Shown here: positions 25,300-37,835 of the stretch, one piece after another
Numbering within the stretch: position 1 is the first letter of the stretch
Layout: every line of letters begins with the position of its first letter
DNA from: Octopus bimaculoides
Lineage: Eukaryota
Direction: 5' to 3'
DNA length: 64,000 nucleotides
Assembly: GCF_001194135.2 (NCBI RefSeq)
Contig: NC_068981.1
Coordinates: 116,008,271 to 116,072,270 of the forward strand
Translations under genes and position numbers: made by a program
The notes under the pieces: generated by a model
Told to the model about the DNA's origin: nothing
Databases searched by the model: none
The model's input: the letters and a program-made list of their open reading frames with translations, nothing else

Positions 25300-26120
25300 T
25301 AAACCCCCATACCCTTCGGAGACCTCTGGAGACCTCTGGAGACCAATTCTTGCATAGAAGAGTCGATAACATTGGCTGCATGGCAATTTTGGTGGACTTT
25401 GTCGAGCTTCTCTCTCCTGTCGATTGATTTCTTCTTTTTCTCTTTTGGTGGCTTCGAAATCTCTGGGTTCCGAAGGTGTGGAGCACCGCTATTTGGTACT
25501 GTCTCAGGCTTGTGCTTCAAACAATTTCGGCTCAATTACAATGGCTTTCAGTGTTGCTTTTAGTCGGTCCTTCCATCTTCGAAGAAGGCAACTCTATGGT
25601 TTTTTTCCTGAAGAGAGCTTACTGAATACTTGGCGTTGGAACCTTGACTCGTCCATTCTTGCTACATGTCCTGACCATCGAAGACGGTGCTTCATGATCG
25701 GCCATTCGAATCTTTGACTGTTGGCTTTTTCCAGGATTTTGCTGTTGGTCACACAGTGTACTCATTTGATGCTCAAGATTGAACGAAGCTTTTTTTGGTG
25801 AAAGCGTTCTAATTTTTGGATGTCACGACGATATAGAGTCCACATTCCTCAGCCATAAAGCAAAGTTGAATGACAACAGCATTATAACCCATAATTTTCG
25901 TTGTTAAGATCTTTGTTGTTGAAGATGCGTTTGGTTAACTTTCCACATCCTTTCCTGAGGTGCAGTTGTTTGATAAAAGACTGCGTAGATATGGAATATG
26001 TTTTACTTTTCGAGAGGTTTGTCGGAGATGGTAACATGAAAATTTGATGAAATCATATTTGGGGCTGGTTCTACAAGGCCTGCTGAATCTTCCGAATGGT
26101 TTGAGCTTGAGTATTACTAA
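25300..26120 (-). mobile_element. 5'-truncated RTE-clade LINE, decayed
   Basis: Frameshifted minus-strand peptides TISDKPLEK..YLRSLLSNNCT, LLYG..WTLYRRDIQKLERFHQK.LRSIL and RWSGHVARM; short tandem ggagacctct repeats near the 3' end. Confidence 0.8.
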
Positions 26121-26199
26121 AGTTATGGTGTCTGATTATATTCATGGTATCTGATTATATTCATGGGGTCTGTTTATATTGCAAGTTTTCTCTTTAACT

Positions 26200-28214
26200 C
26201 AGTTTTTGTGAACCCATGGATAGATCGAAAATTTCTAACTATCGGTTATATTATGGCTAGAGGTATTATTTATTGTTCTATCATAATAATTATTTAATTT
26301 TTATTATTTATAGAGGAAATGATATTACCTACATTCCTCGAGGTTGAGTATCCTACTCTTATGGTCTTATTGAAAAATATATTTGAATAAATATTGTCTT
26401 TTTTAGAAGACATTTTTACAATTTTCAGCGTCTCCTTAATAATATTAGTCATCAATTGAGCCCCATACGGAATAATTAACAATATAATATCCTTTTTATT
26501 CTTTATATTTTTTATATTATCAGTATTAGACATCATCAGTATTAAAGTGTTATTCTAAGGTGTATTATATCTCTGCTTGTGTAATTTACTATGCTTTTAC
26601 TATAGATCATATTCTCATTATCAATATTACTATTATTATTGTAATCATTAATAATAACTACATTGTTTTTATATTTATTTAGTTTCTTATATTGTCTTAT
26701 TTTATTCATATTTTTGCTGTTAGAATTATTACTAGGATTACCTCTTATATTATTAAGGTGCTCATAATAATTTAAAAAAATTATATCTAATTATATCCCG
26801 CTTCTTTTAATGCCTTATTATAATATGGGGCATGCTTATTAAAAGTAACATAATCTGAGGATAGCATAAATATTCTTTTGCCTATATTATCTATGAAAGC
26901 TTATTTAACTGAGCTAGGATGGTTACTTAAAGCACTAATATACATTAAATTTTCATTCAACTTATGAAATGGATGGATCTTATTAGTGACAAGATTAATG
27001 TTGACGCCTAGGTGCATAGTGTCCATTCTCTATAGATATCCCTAGGCCATAATTCTTAAAGAACTTGTACATTTTCTTCCTAAGGCATTCTAATGACCTA
27101 TTAGTACAGTTCCTGGTTATAAGTAGTAGGTCGTCCCTATAAAGACCACCCTCTATATTCGTAAATTCCATCTCTAGTTCAGATAAAAGATATAATCCTA
27201 CAAGATCGGTAACTTGGGCAGGATCAGGGGCGCCCATATGTATATCAAAACAATCTCTTGTGTCTTTTCTTGCCCATAGTTTATATTTCATAATAGACCT
27301 CCTCGCGGCCAACACCACTTCGACTTCTTCAAATGGCATATTTACCTTTCTCATGATACGGTCTTATTTAAAACCACTTCATTGATAGATGAATAAATAA
27401 TTCTCTATATCAATTAGAAGGAATTTACATCTATTTTTATCCTGAATATTACTAAACCCTTTAATAGTGTTACGGGTACAATTCCAGAGTTTAAGATTAC
27501 CTAACCTATTTAATTTGCCTATATATTTATGTAATATTAATTTACTAACTCTGTCTATGTCTGACTTGCTAGGGCATATTAGCCTTACTTGGGGGCTGGA
27601 GTAAAAATTATCCTTATGGTCTTTAATCGTTATTCCTGGATGCATCGGGACATATGGTTCAGTTCTATTTTCAGTACCATATTTAAACATAATTTTTTTT
27701 TGAGATTATGTTAATATTATCTAAATAATTTTTATTAACTACTATATATCTTTCATTATTTCCTTTTCTAGTAGATTATCATAAAGTGGTGTATCCAGTC
27801 TGTATAAGTTCCTGGTCTTATCAGATTGTACTATAATTCCATCCTGGTTCTTTAATTTTTCTATTTTACTAGCCAAATTGCTGAGGTACTTGTTGTGTCT
27901 ATTAGGGTATTTTTTGAATTTGATATTTTTCACCATATTCAATATTTTCTCTTCAAAGTCCTGTATAGTTCTATCATTGGGAGGTTCCTGCTTAGATTTG
28001 AAGTTTATTTTTATGTAATTTACATCTTCTATGTTAGTATTATAGGATTGCTATTATTATAGTAGTGAGTCTTCCATTTCATTCTATATAGAAAGTTTTT
28101 TAACTGGTTAATCATGTCTTGTATATATTCTTTCCTGCTGGGATTAGGTACATCCTTCAAAGATGAGTTCCACTCTATCGCCTCAATCATACCTGATAGA
28201 TCCATATCTGACAT
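26200..28214 (-). pseudogene. Disrupted PLE reverse transcriptase ORF
   Basis: SSLKDVPNPSRKEYI..RMKWK; VQSDKTRNLY; ITIKDHKDNF..RLICPSKS; LIDIENY; MGAPDPAQVTDLVGLYLL; GLYRDDLL; SNHPSS; FNKTIRVGYS. Several stops and frameshifts. Confidence 0.85.
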
Positions 28215-29341
28215 ATATAGGAAGTACTACTGGCAGAACCAATTGTATGATATATTAATTTAAATAATTTGGGAAAAACGCATTTCCAAATCAATCAGGT
28301 ACAACACTTTAGTATAACGTGCATCTGTATATCGTACAGTGGGGTGTTGATTTTCATATATTTATATATTTATCTAGAAATATACAATATATATAATGGA
28401 AATTAATAATAATTCAGTTTGGGGGATTAATAGATATGCGGGTATTCTAGTTCAGATATTACAAAAATATAATCTAATGAGTACATCTGAAGGTAAACTC
28501 GTGGTATCAATTTGCACATCACGAAATAATACTTTAAAGGATATAACCAGTATACCAGCAAGTTATATAATATACTTCCTTAATTATCTCAAACTTAAGT
28601 TAAAATTAAAATCATCAATTATCAGTTATATCGGAACTGCACGTGTTTCAGTATTGGAAGATTATGATGTATGTACATTTACATACACATACATATCTAA
28701 ATATATACATGCAAGCATCGTATTTACAATTGTACCAACACATCTTCAGGTTATTTTACAAGATATTGTTAATCTAATTTTACATCACCTTAAAATCAAG
28801 TGTTAAATTAAACATTAAATTAAACATTAAAAATTAAAAATTATACTTTATGAAGTTAAGAATTAAAAATTGTAAATTATTGATTATACATTATAAAGAT
28901 GAATTTGTATATATATATACATCAAACTTATAAAGTCAAGTATATAATGTCAAATACAAAATATAAGATATGAAATATACATCAGAATAAAAATGTTTGT
29001 GAAGAAATGTAAAAAATAACATAAAATGTGCAAATACATAACCTTGTATGGTGGGACCAAGATATCTTGCAAAATGGTGATTAGAGGAAGTGAAGATAGC
29101 AGAGCGCTATCGGAATTTATAGGTAATTAGTACCAAGCGGGGTAATTACACTATGCATAGTTTAATTTAAATTATCTACTATTATTATCTTCAATCTGAC
29201 AATGTTTAGGGATATATATATAATTTATCATAATATAATTTTTAGTAATATTTAATTAATTAATTTATTTAATTATTTATATGATCTATTCAAGTACTGT
29301 AGAAATCAATAGTGTGTGGTTATTAGATTGAAGTGGTGGGT

Positions 29342-29718
29342 TCAGTATTTCATTTTATTGAAAGTAAAATTGCTTTTGTGTCTACATTTGGCCCTCGTTT
29401 ATCGTATGTGTTTAGTAATTAATCTCCAGACTGTAGCAGTTTCATAAATTCTGTTATACATGATAAACACATTTTATTCCCAATATAATAAGAGTGGGCT
29501 CTACGTATTATACTCCAACGAAGGGTGTAATCACTTTTTCTAGATTTTAATTCCCATATATATTTACTTAAACCCGTGGACTTACTTAAATTTGAAAGTC
29601 TGGTAGTGTTGGGAGATGCTTTTTTAAAATTCCATTAGCTGTAGATCCTGTATAAACCTAATTTACAATTTTATTATTATTATAGTAAGCTCTAAAGCCT
29701 ACTATACATTTATAAATT

Positions 29719-29720
<2 letters not shown>
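29342..29720 (-). pseudogene. GIY-YIG endonuclease domain with C-terminal Cys/His motif (PLE)
   Basis: VIYKCIV...VYTGST...ISQHYQTFK...STGLSKYIWELK...WSIIRRAHSY..GNKMCLSCITE...LLN...AKCRHKSNF, with frameshifts and stops. Confidence 0.85.
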
Positions 29721-29754
<34 letters not shown>

Positions 29755-29757
<3 letters not shown>

Positions 29758-29874
29758 AAGTAAAGTTGTGGAATTATTATTCTCAAAGACTTTTGATAAT
29801 CTTTTTCTAAAAAAGTGAAACCGGTTAAGTAAATAAATATTTTTAAAAAATAAGTGCATTTTCAAACCTTCTTT

Positions 29875-29921
<47 letters not shown>

Positions 29922-30038
29922 AAGTAAAGTTGTGGAATTATTATTCTCAAAGACTTTTGATAATCTTTTTCTAAAAAAGTGAAACCGGTTAAGTAAATAA
30001 ATATTTTTAAAAAATAAGTGCATTTTCAAACCTTCTTT

Positions 30039-30042
<4 letters not shown>
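29755..30042. repeat. Exact tandem duplication of 124 bp (period 164) separated by (TA)n
   Basis: 29755-29878 is identical to 29919-30042. Confidence 0.9.
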
Positions 30043-30081
<39 letters not shown>

Positions 30082-30289
30082 TAATATAAACGTATCTATC
30101 TATACACACACATACACACACATACACACAAAGTATTATATATGCATGCGTGTGCTTGAGTGCATGTGTATGTGTGTGTATTATTGTGTGTAATCTCAAT
30201 TTTATTTGGCGCTAATCTCATTTAGAATTAACGCTTCAGTTTGCTTGGCATTTAGTTACAAGTCCTAGCTTGTTTCGTCACACATACAC

Positions 30290-31020
30290 ATGGATACACA
30301 CACAAATATATACACTCTCGTACACTTGAAGAACCATTCACGCCAGTTCACATACATTCACTCATAGATTCACAACTATAGACATTAACATGTTTACATA
30401 TGGAATTACATCACTGTGCTGTACACACATTTCTTTACGCTCACTCCTATTCATTGGCAAACACACACCTCATACAACTCACTCCCGTATGCGTGTTTAC
30501 ACGCATGCGCATACATACGAACACGCACAGTTAGACAGATGTACTCAGCGTCCCATATTTACATATACTCGCGCTTACTCGAACATATACTTACATGTGA
30601 ATTTATACACAAATGCATGCACATACACAAGCATGCACACATCCGGCATACATTCGTATCGAAATACACTCTCGCACACGTTGTCAAACACACGTCCGCA
30701 CGCCCACACGCCCACACACCTGCTCAGATACACGCGTACGTTGAGATATACATCCCACGCGCTCTCATACAGATCCATACACAGATGCACTTGATCACAT
30801 ACATTTCCTCACACATATACGTTCACAGACTTGCACGCACACTCTCACACAGAGACACACACATCTTCCTACACACAAGCACGCATGCACATACACACAT
30901 ACAGACATAGTCACGAAAGCTCGCATATACATAATAATTCACACCTGCACACGCACACAGACACTCACACACACTTACACTTCCTCACTTGCACACACTT
31001 GCATTCACACAGAGATAAAA
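30290..31020. repeat. Degenerate CA-rich low-complexity tract
   Basis: Cryptic (CA)/(CATA) repeats, the source of the His/Thr-rich pseudo-ORFs. Confidence 0.8.
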
Positions 31021-31522
31021 CCACAAAGGGCTTGCTCTGGATTATCTCGGGGCATCCAATTATTTCTTCTACATTAACACAGTCATAATCTGATCAAATA
31101 TATGAAACTAAGCATAATCACAATAATGATTCCTAACAATGGTACAGAGCTGGACGAAGATCTTGTAAAAGGTGTTCAATCGGTTAAATCAAACTTCAAT
31201 CAATATTTGGATGATACTTTATTCGAAAATAGTATTTTATTTTATCGCACTCAGTGAAAATGACCCTGTGGGGACTGAACTCACAACGTAAAGAACCATA
31301 ACTAAATACCACAATATATTTTTTCGCCTCAGTACCGAATCTGCTAATCGACCGTTCATCTCTCTTAATAATTATAAATACCAGTCTGACTCGAGAAAAT
31401 TCCACATTTTATAAATGTTCTTATTTTTATTATGCTGTATAAAATTATAGATGTTCATAACATTGTTTTATTGCATTGAAAATTCAGTTATGTTTCCGAT
31501 TTCGTTAAAGTTAAAGTTGTTG

Positions 31523-31596
31523 AAAGTGAACTAGAGTTACAGCTTACCTGTGCAAATCACTTGGACAGGTAAACTGTAACTCTACTGTCTCACTTT
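31523..31596. ncRNA. Near-perfect hairpin, pri-miRNA-like (candidate)
   Basis: 31532-31555 pairs with 31561-31584 at 22 of 24 positions with a 5-nt loop, plus a 7-bp basal stem aaagtga/tcacttt. Confidence 0.4.
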
Positions 31597-31964
31597 GTCC
31601 CAAACGTTTATGCCTGTTTTCAGACTTTTACTTAGCCTTTGTTTCATACGTATTGAATAATTTAAAGCTTTCTTTTCATTCTTGTGGTTGAAAAACATTT
31701 GGAATGTGTATCATATATGAAGCCTGGAGGCCAGCGAAATATGCCCTGTGTATCACATGAGATTCTAGGACAGGCAAAGGGTAGGAAGTGCAACACCCTA
31801 ATATATGACGTTACAGTAAATAAATTGATAAATAAATAAACAATATAGATTATTTCTAACTTAAGCAGAGCAACAGCCAATTGTAATAGTCAATTCAGGG
31901 TATTTGGTAGTATACGTAAAAATATTACAGTATCATCAAATGGTATGAAAATTCCTCACATACA

Positions 31965-32150
31965 TGCACTTGCTTCCCAACCACATGGCGCCTAGTTCAG
32001 GCACACTGCTTTGGGCAAGTATATTCTTCTACATTCTACTATTCTACTTCTGACAAATGTATTCTACTATGTCCCCGGGTCGACCAAATCCTTTTGAGTG
32101 TATTTGGTAGACAGAAACTGAAACAAGCCTGTCGTATATGTGTATGTCTC
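31965..32150 (+). mobile_element. SINE family B, 5' half
   Basis: cttgcttcccaaccacatgg...ttgggcaagt...gtatttggtagacagaaactgaaacaagcctgtcgtatatg. Confidence 0.75.
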
Positions 32151-32159
32151 TTCTATTTT

Positions 32160-32900
32160 TAATTATTGTAAATCTTCCACTGAGGAGGGAGCTGGTTTCC
32201 AACAAATATACAAGGCTCCATCTTTGGGATGTAGTTAACACAGACAAATTCACATTTGAAACCTGAGAAAAGTTTTGCATATTTTTACTATTCCACTCAC
32301 TGATTGCACTTGTAGTGTACGAATTAGTCGGTCGATTTCTTTTTCTGAAAATCCCAGTTTATCCATATTCTCCTTTAAGCATTTACTAGCAAAACCTAGT
32401 GCTCCACTTATTATTAGTATGAATATGAATTTATAGTCTGGATATAGAAGCTGGAGGTTTCGAAGCAGTTGTCAATAGATACCCTCTTTTTCTTTGATTT
32501 TCAAAAAGAGGGCAGCTGATCTCTATGATGGTAGATGCCTTTGCCCTTCTGTCCCAAACAACAATATGTGGCCTGTTATGTTTACGTTTGATAGAAGTTT
32601 TGATGAGTATATTCCACCAGTATTCCTTGAGTTGGTGTTTATAAATATATTCCATAACAGATGGATATTCTAAGTTTAATTCAGGAGTCTTTTTTTGCGG
32701 ACATTATGAATAATGAAAATTGTAAAGGAGAAAAGTCATTAGTGAAGGAGAAATTACTGGGATCAAATGTAACCAACGTCAATAATGACCACAAACGGTT
32801 GGGAACGCTTTTTATCTGGGGGCTAGACAACAGCAATATACAAATCCTCCTCACCTGGTGTCCATTTTAGGTTTTGCTGTTTGTTATCTCCCTTCAAAAT
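32160..32900 (-). mobile_element. R4-clade LINE 3' fragment (second subfamily, different 3' UTR)
   Basis: EYWWNILIKTSIKRKHNRPHIVVWDR..IIEISCP; ALGFASKCLKENMDKLGFSEK; frameshifted VKICKTF; its own 3' UTR. Confidence 0.8.
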
Positions 32901-34156
32901 AATACTAAGGTACCCTGATCTTTATAACGGATCATTATATACTTAATATTGTTGTTCTTGTTGTTTAGCCCCAGGTCAGCTATGATAACATCGTTTTTTT
33001 CTTTTTTTTCTTTTTCCAGTGTATCGCAGAAAATATTATTACCGAAAGTGACCTCGTATGAGAAAAAAAGATGCGTGGTGAGTTACATTTTGCTCAATTT
33101 CTCAGAGGTTCGTGTTTCCGCGTTGGATAATGATGTTGTTGTTGTTTAGCACGTGTCAGATTTGATCAAACGGATCGATGATTAAAACGCTGTAGCTATG
33201 AAAATGTTGTCTTTTTGTATATAGAGGAACACATTGTCGAACGTGTTCTTTCTATATTATGCTTTTTATTACGATTGAAAGACGGTTTAGCTGCCATTTC
33301 TAAAGGATCGACACTTCCTTGTTGGCTTGATTTTTTTAGTCCTGAATCAGACCTTTCTGAGCAAATTTATAAACAAAAATGCTTTTCCATCTATCACAAG
33401 CACGTGTCTCTTTCTAATAACTGGGTAAAATTGGAATGTGATTTGACTGCTATTTCTAGCATATCGAAGATCACAATGTAATTTCTCCTTCACTAAAGCC
33501 TTTTCTCCTTTACAATTTTCATCGTGTCATGAGGATATATATATATATATTGCTTATCTCAACAATACATATAAACAAAATAAGGTAGAATGAAATAAGA
33601 AGCCAAACTCCGCCTCCTTGCCGTAAGCCAGCCCTGCTGAATTTCATTATTGACTATAGACTTAGTAAGGAATAACAGAGAGCCAGTCAGTGAATGAGTC
33701 AGTCAGGCAGCCAGAGAGATTTGTAGGTATTTCTGACAATCAGGATAGATAGTCTCTATAACTAGTTGGGTAGACGAGTGATGGATAGTCAGTTGTCAGT
33801 GTAAATCACATTGTAGGAATACAATGCAAACAGAAACAACATGGGGAAAGAAAGAAATCAGAGGCAAGCACATTTTGGGCGGGGCATTTTGCCAGGAAAT
33901 AAATGGAGAAAAGTCATGTATAGCTGTCTGTCTCTCTGTTTCTGTCTCTCTGTTTCTGTCTCTCTCTCTCTCTATCTCTCTCTCTTTCTCTCTCTCTCTC
34001 TCTTTATATATATACGTACACATGATTATCTGAAGAAATGGCAGAGTAACAGGTCAGTGGAGCGGCTTAAATATAATTATTGCATCTACGTCTGCGTTGA
34101 GTACTTCACTGAATCGTTACCAAACTAAAAGGCTAAGTGTGCGTATGTATATTCAC

Positions 34157-34187
<31 letters not shown>

Positions 34188-34188
34188 C

Positions 34189-34506
34189 TGGCACTCTGTC
34201 GTTTATGGTGACGAAGGTTCCAGTTGATCCGATCAACGGAACAGCTTGCAGCGTGAAATTAACATGCAAGTGGCTGAGCACTCCACAGACACGGGTACCC
34301 CTTCGCATACTTCTCAGGGAGATTCAGCGTGACACAGAGTGCGACAAAGCTAGCCCTTTAAAATACAGGGATTCATTTTTGTCAGCTGAATGGACTGGAG
34401 GAAAGTGAAATATAGTATCTTGCTTAAGGACACAACGCACCGCCGGGAATCGAACTCGCAACCCTACGATCGCGAGTCGAATGCCCTAACCACTAAGCTA
34501 CGCGCC
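34189..34506 (-). mobile_element. tRNA(Arg)-like CORE SINE, family C (OR-like)
   Basis: Minus-strand head GGCGCGTAGCTTAGTGGTTAGGGCATTCGACTCGCGATCGTAGGGTTGCGAGTTCGATTCC with A and B boxes, then CORE-like gtgtccttaagcaagatac. No acceptor stem. Confidence 0.85.
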
Positions 34507-34556
34507 TTCACATAAATATAGATATAAATACACATATATACATATATAAAATATAA

Positions 34557-34597
<41 letters not shown>

Positions 34598-35188
34598 NNN
34601 NNNNNNNNNNNNNNNNNNNNNNNNNNNNNNNNNNNNNNNNNNNNNNNNNNNNNNNNNNNNNNNNNNNNNNNNNNNNNNNNNNNNNNNNNNNNNNNNNNNN
34701 NNNNNNNNNNNNNNNNNNNNNNNNNNNNNNNNNNNNNNNNNNNNNNNNNNNNNNNNNNNNNNNNNNNNNNNNNNNNNNNNNNNNNNNNNNNNNTATATAT
34801 ATATATATATCCATAATACTAATACGCAAGCTTGTTCTTTTTTGTGTCCGTACCTGTGGTGCTTGTCACATTTACCTCAAAATTTGGCCAGCTGAGTGGA
34901 CTGCAGCAAGATAAACCATCAAGTGGTTGGAAGAAAACGAAAATAGATCCTATGGGTGTTAATCCGGTCCTAACAGCGGTATTTGCGGGTCTCACAGATT
35001 TGGTGGCCCAGCCCGCAGATAGACACTGATGCGCAGGCTGTTGTTATCAAACTAAGCGTGAGTCGAGGGTGAATACACTACAGAATAGCAATTATTTCGT
35101 CTTAGCTTTCACTGCTTATACTAAACACGTGACATTTTTGCTTTACGATATGGAACATTTCCTTTTCTTTCACTCTTTTTTTAAAAAA

Positions 35189-35458
35189 TGGCACTCTGTC
35201 AGTAAAATTAACACGCAAGTGGCTGAGTACTCCACAGACATGCATACCATAAAGTAGCTCTCTGGGAGATTCAGCCTCATACAGGCTGTGACAAGGCTGG
35301 CCCCTTTGAATTACAGCTACAACTCATTTTTGCCAGCTGAGTGGACTGCAGCAAGATGAAGTAGAGTACCTTGCTTAAGAAGACAGCGCGCCGCAAGGAA
35401 TCATATTCATACCTATACGATCGTGGGCCGAGTACCCCTAAGCACTGAGCCACGCACC
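35189..35458 (-). mobile_element. Second family C SINE (a further partial copy at ~34850-34915)
   Basis: Aligns with 34189-34506 (caagtggctgagtactccacagaca, gccagctgagtggactg, cttgcttaag). Confidence 0.8.
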
Positions 35459-36212
35459 TTCAGTCTGTTAACCGTAGAGAAAAGGAGTGAAGCGATAGAG
35501 ACAGAGAAAGGAAAGAATTTACAATGACAATTAGACTGAAATATGATCGATCTTTTCTCACTTCTTTACTTTTAACAATGAAGAAGAAGGAAAGACATTT
35601 AGTAATGAATAGAAGGAAAGTCTTTCAGGTTTTTACGTTTTTATTCTGGTAGTTCTCGAATGATCAATTATTAGTTCTCTCGTCTTTCCCCCCACCTCCG
35701 GTACTTATTCGCCTTCTTTCACAGATCTTCATGTCTTTTAGTTGGGGAGAAAGACCATGTCTTTTTTTTTTTTTTCAGGCACGTTTAACGTTTTCTCTAC
35801 AAACTGCAAACAAGCCCCCTCCCTTCCTTTTTTTTCAAACAAAAACGAATGCAAATTTNNNNNNNNNNNNNNNNNNNNNNNNNNNNNNNNNNNNNNNNNN
35901 NNNNNNNNNNNNNNNNNNNNNNNNNNNNNNNNNNNNNNNNNNNNNNNNNNNNNNNNNNNNNNNNNNNNNNNNNNNNNNNNNNNNNNNNNNNNNNNNNNNN
36001 NNNNNNNNNNNNNNNNNNNNNNNNNNNNNNNNNNNNNNNNNNNNNNNNNNNNNNNNNNNNNNNNNNNNNNNNNNNNNNNNNNNNNNNNNNNNNNNNNNNN
36101 NNNNNNNNNNNNNNNNNNNNNNNNNNNNNNNNNNNNNNNNNNNNNNNNNNNNNNNNNNNNNNNNNNNNNNNNNNNNNNNNNNNNNNNNNNNNNNNNNNNN
36201 NNNNNNNNNNNN

Positions 36213-36261
<49 letters not shown>

Positions 36262-36289
36262 TAGTGTGTGTGTGTATGTGTGTGTGTGC

Positions 36290-36420
36290 GTATGTGTGTG
36301 TGTGCGTATGTGTGTGTGTTTGTGTCTGTGTTTGTCCCCCCACCACCACTGTTTGACAACCGATGCCGGTGTGTTTGCATCCCCATAACTTTGCTGTTCG
36401 ACAGAAGAATACGAGAATAC
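36290..36420 (+). mobile_element. SINE family B, post-microsatellite part
   Basis: tttgtgtctgtgtttgtccccccaccaccactgtttgacaaccgatgccggtgtgttt. Confidence 0.75.
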
Positions 36421-36721
36421 CAGAAAAACGTTTCATACCACTAAACCAAGAAAGTTCTTTGAATATGAACGATGTATTTTAAAGCTAAACACTAATTCTG
36501 TTTACGTTTGCATAACGTAGATATTTTGGTTGGATTATAGAGTTATCGGTTTTACACTTCTTCCTATACTTTGTAACTGTCACAATACAGAAACATTTCT
36601 CAATGACACCAGCACACAATTTACAGATGCTTACATTTTTAATATTTTCTATGAATTTTTCACGAGTGCAGCTAGTAAAATATAAATACACATGTATATA
36701 TAAATACACCCCCCCACACAC

Positions 36722-36752
<31 letters not shown>

Positions 36753-36839
36753 TATATGCATACATATATATACATGCACACATACACGCAAACACATACA
36801 TACACACAAAGCCTTCTGTGTATTGTATAATATTTATGA

Positions 36840-37660
36840 ATTCATATTTTGCTACAAAGCCAGCAGCTTTTAGGGAAAAGCTTTAGTTGAGATTACATCG
36901 ATCCTCGTATTTACCTGGTAAGTCTCTGTCATTGACTCCGCATGGATGAAATGTGAAGTTAACTTTGGCGAGATTTGTTCTCAAAAAATAAAAAAAACTG
37001 TGGCAAATACCAGAAGGCACTTTAGCCGATGATCTAATATGCCTGGCCAAATCCACCGCTCTTTAAAAAAAACTTTTTTTTTTAATATAAACAATTATGT
37101 CTAACAAAGCATTAATCTTGAAATTTTGGGGTCGTGTTTAGTAGATTATAATCCATATAATTCTCCTCTGGGGATTTATTTTATTGACTCCGGACGTGGG
37201 AAGGCAAACTCGACATCGGCAGGACTTCGTCTCAGAAACTAAGGGGTCGGAAGAAATAATGATTTCAAATCTTGGTACAAGGCCGGTAATATTGGGGGAG
37301 GGGTGAAGTCGATTACATCGACCCTGTTCCTCAAATGGTACTTATTTTATCGACCCCGAAATTTGAATTCAGAGCGTAAAAACGGACGAAATACCCGGCG
37401 TGCTAGCGATTCTGCCAGCTCGACGACCTAATCGGGAGAAATAATGCAAAGTATTTTGTCAACATGCAAACGATTTTCCAATCCATCCCAATTCACAATT
37501 TTTGCTACAAACCCAGGGCCAGTATCTTTCACAAGAGGAACTACTCGATTAGATCGATCCCAGTACTCGAGTAATCTTTTATTTAACAACCCAGAAAAGA
37601 CGAAAGGCGATGTTGATCTCAAGAGAAATTGGGTACTGAATGCACTGAGCTGGACTAAAT
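36840..37660 (-). mobile_element. Cluster of 3-4 diverged SINE family A copies
   Basis: The best copy (37260-37430) ends cgtgctagcgattctgccagctc; weaker copies at ~36840-37060, ~37120-37240 and ~37490-37660. Confidence 0.65.
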
Positions 37661-37775
37661 AACACAAGGCACTATGTCGATCGTTTCAGTGGATTGTGAG
37701 AATCCTGAAATTCGTATCCTTCATATATATCGAGATTGTTTTCGGATTAAGTTCTCAAATGATCTATCTATCTAA

Positions 37776-37835
<60 letters not shown>

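Larger units (their letters stand above)
26130..29720 (-). mobile_element. Penelope-like element (YRDD-type RT, possibly Hydra clade) with upstream partial tandem copy
   Basis: GIY-YIG copy at 29342-29720 next to (TA)n, an AT-rich spacer, then RT ORF remnants from 28214 to ~26200. Confidence 0.85.

Noticed and set aside
34440-34506. tRNA gene
   Set aside because: A and B boxes and an Arg-like arm are present, but there is no acceptor stem and it continues into a CORE SINE body.
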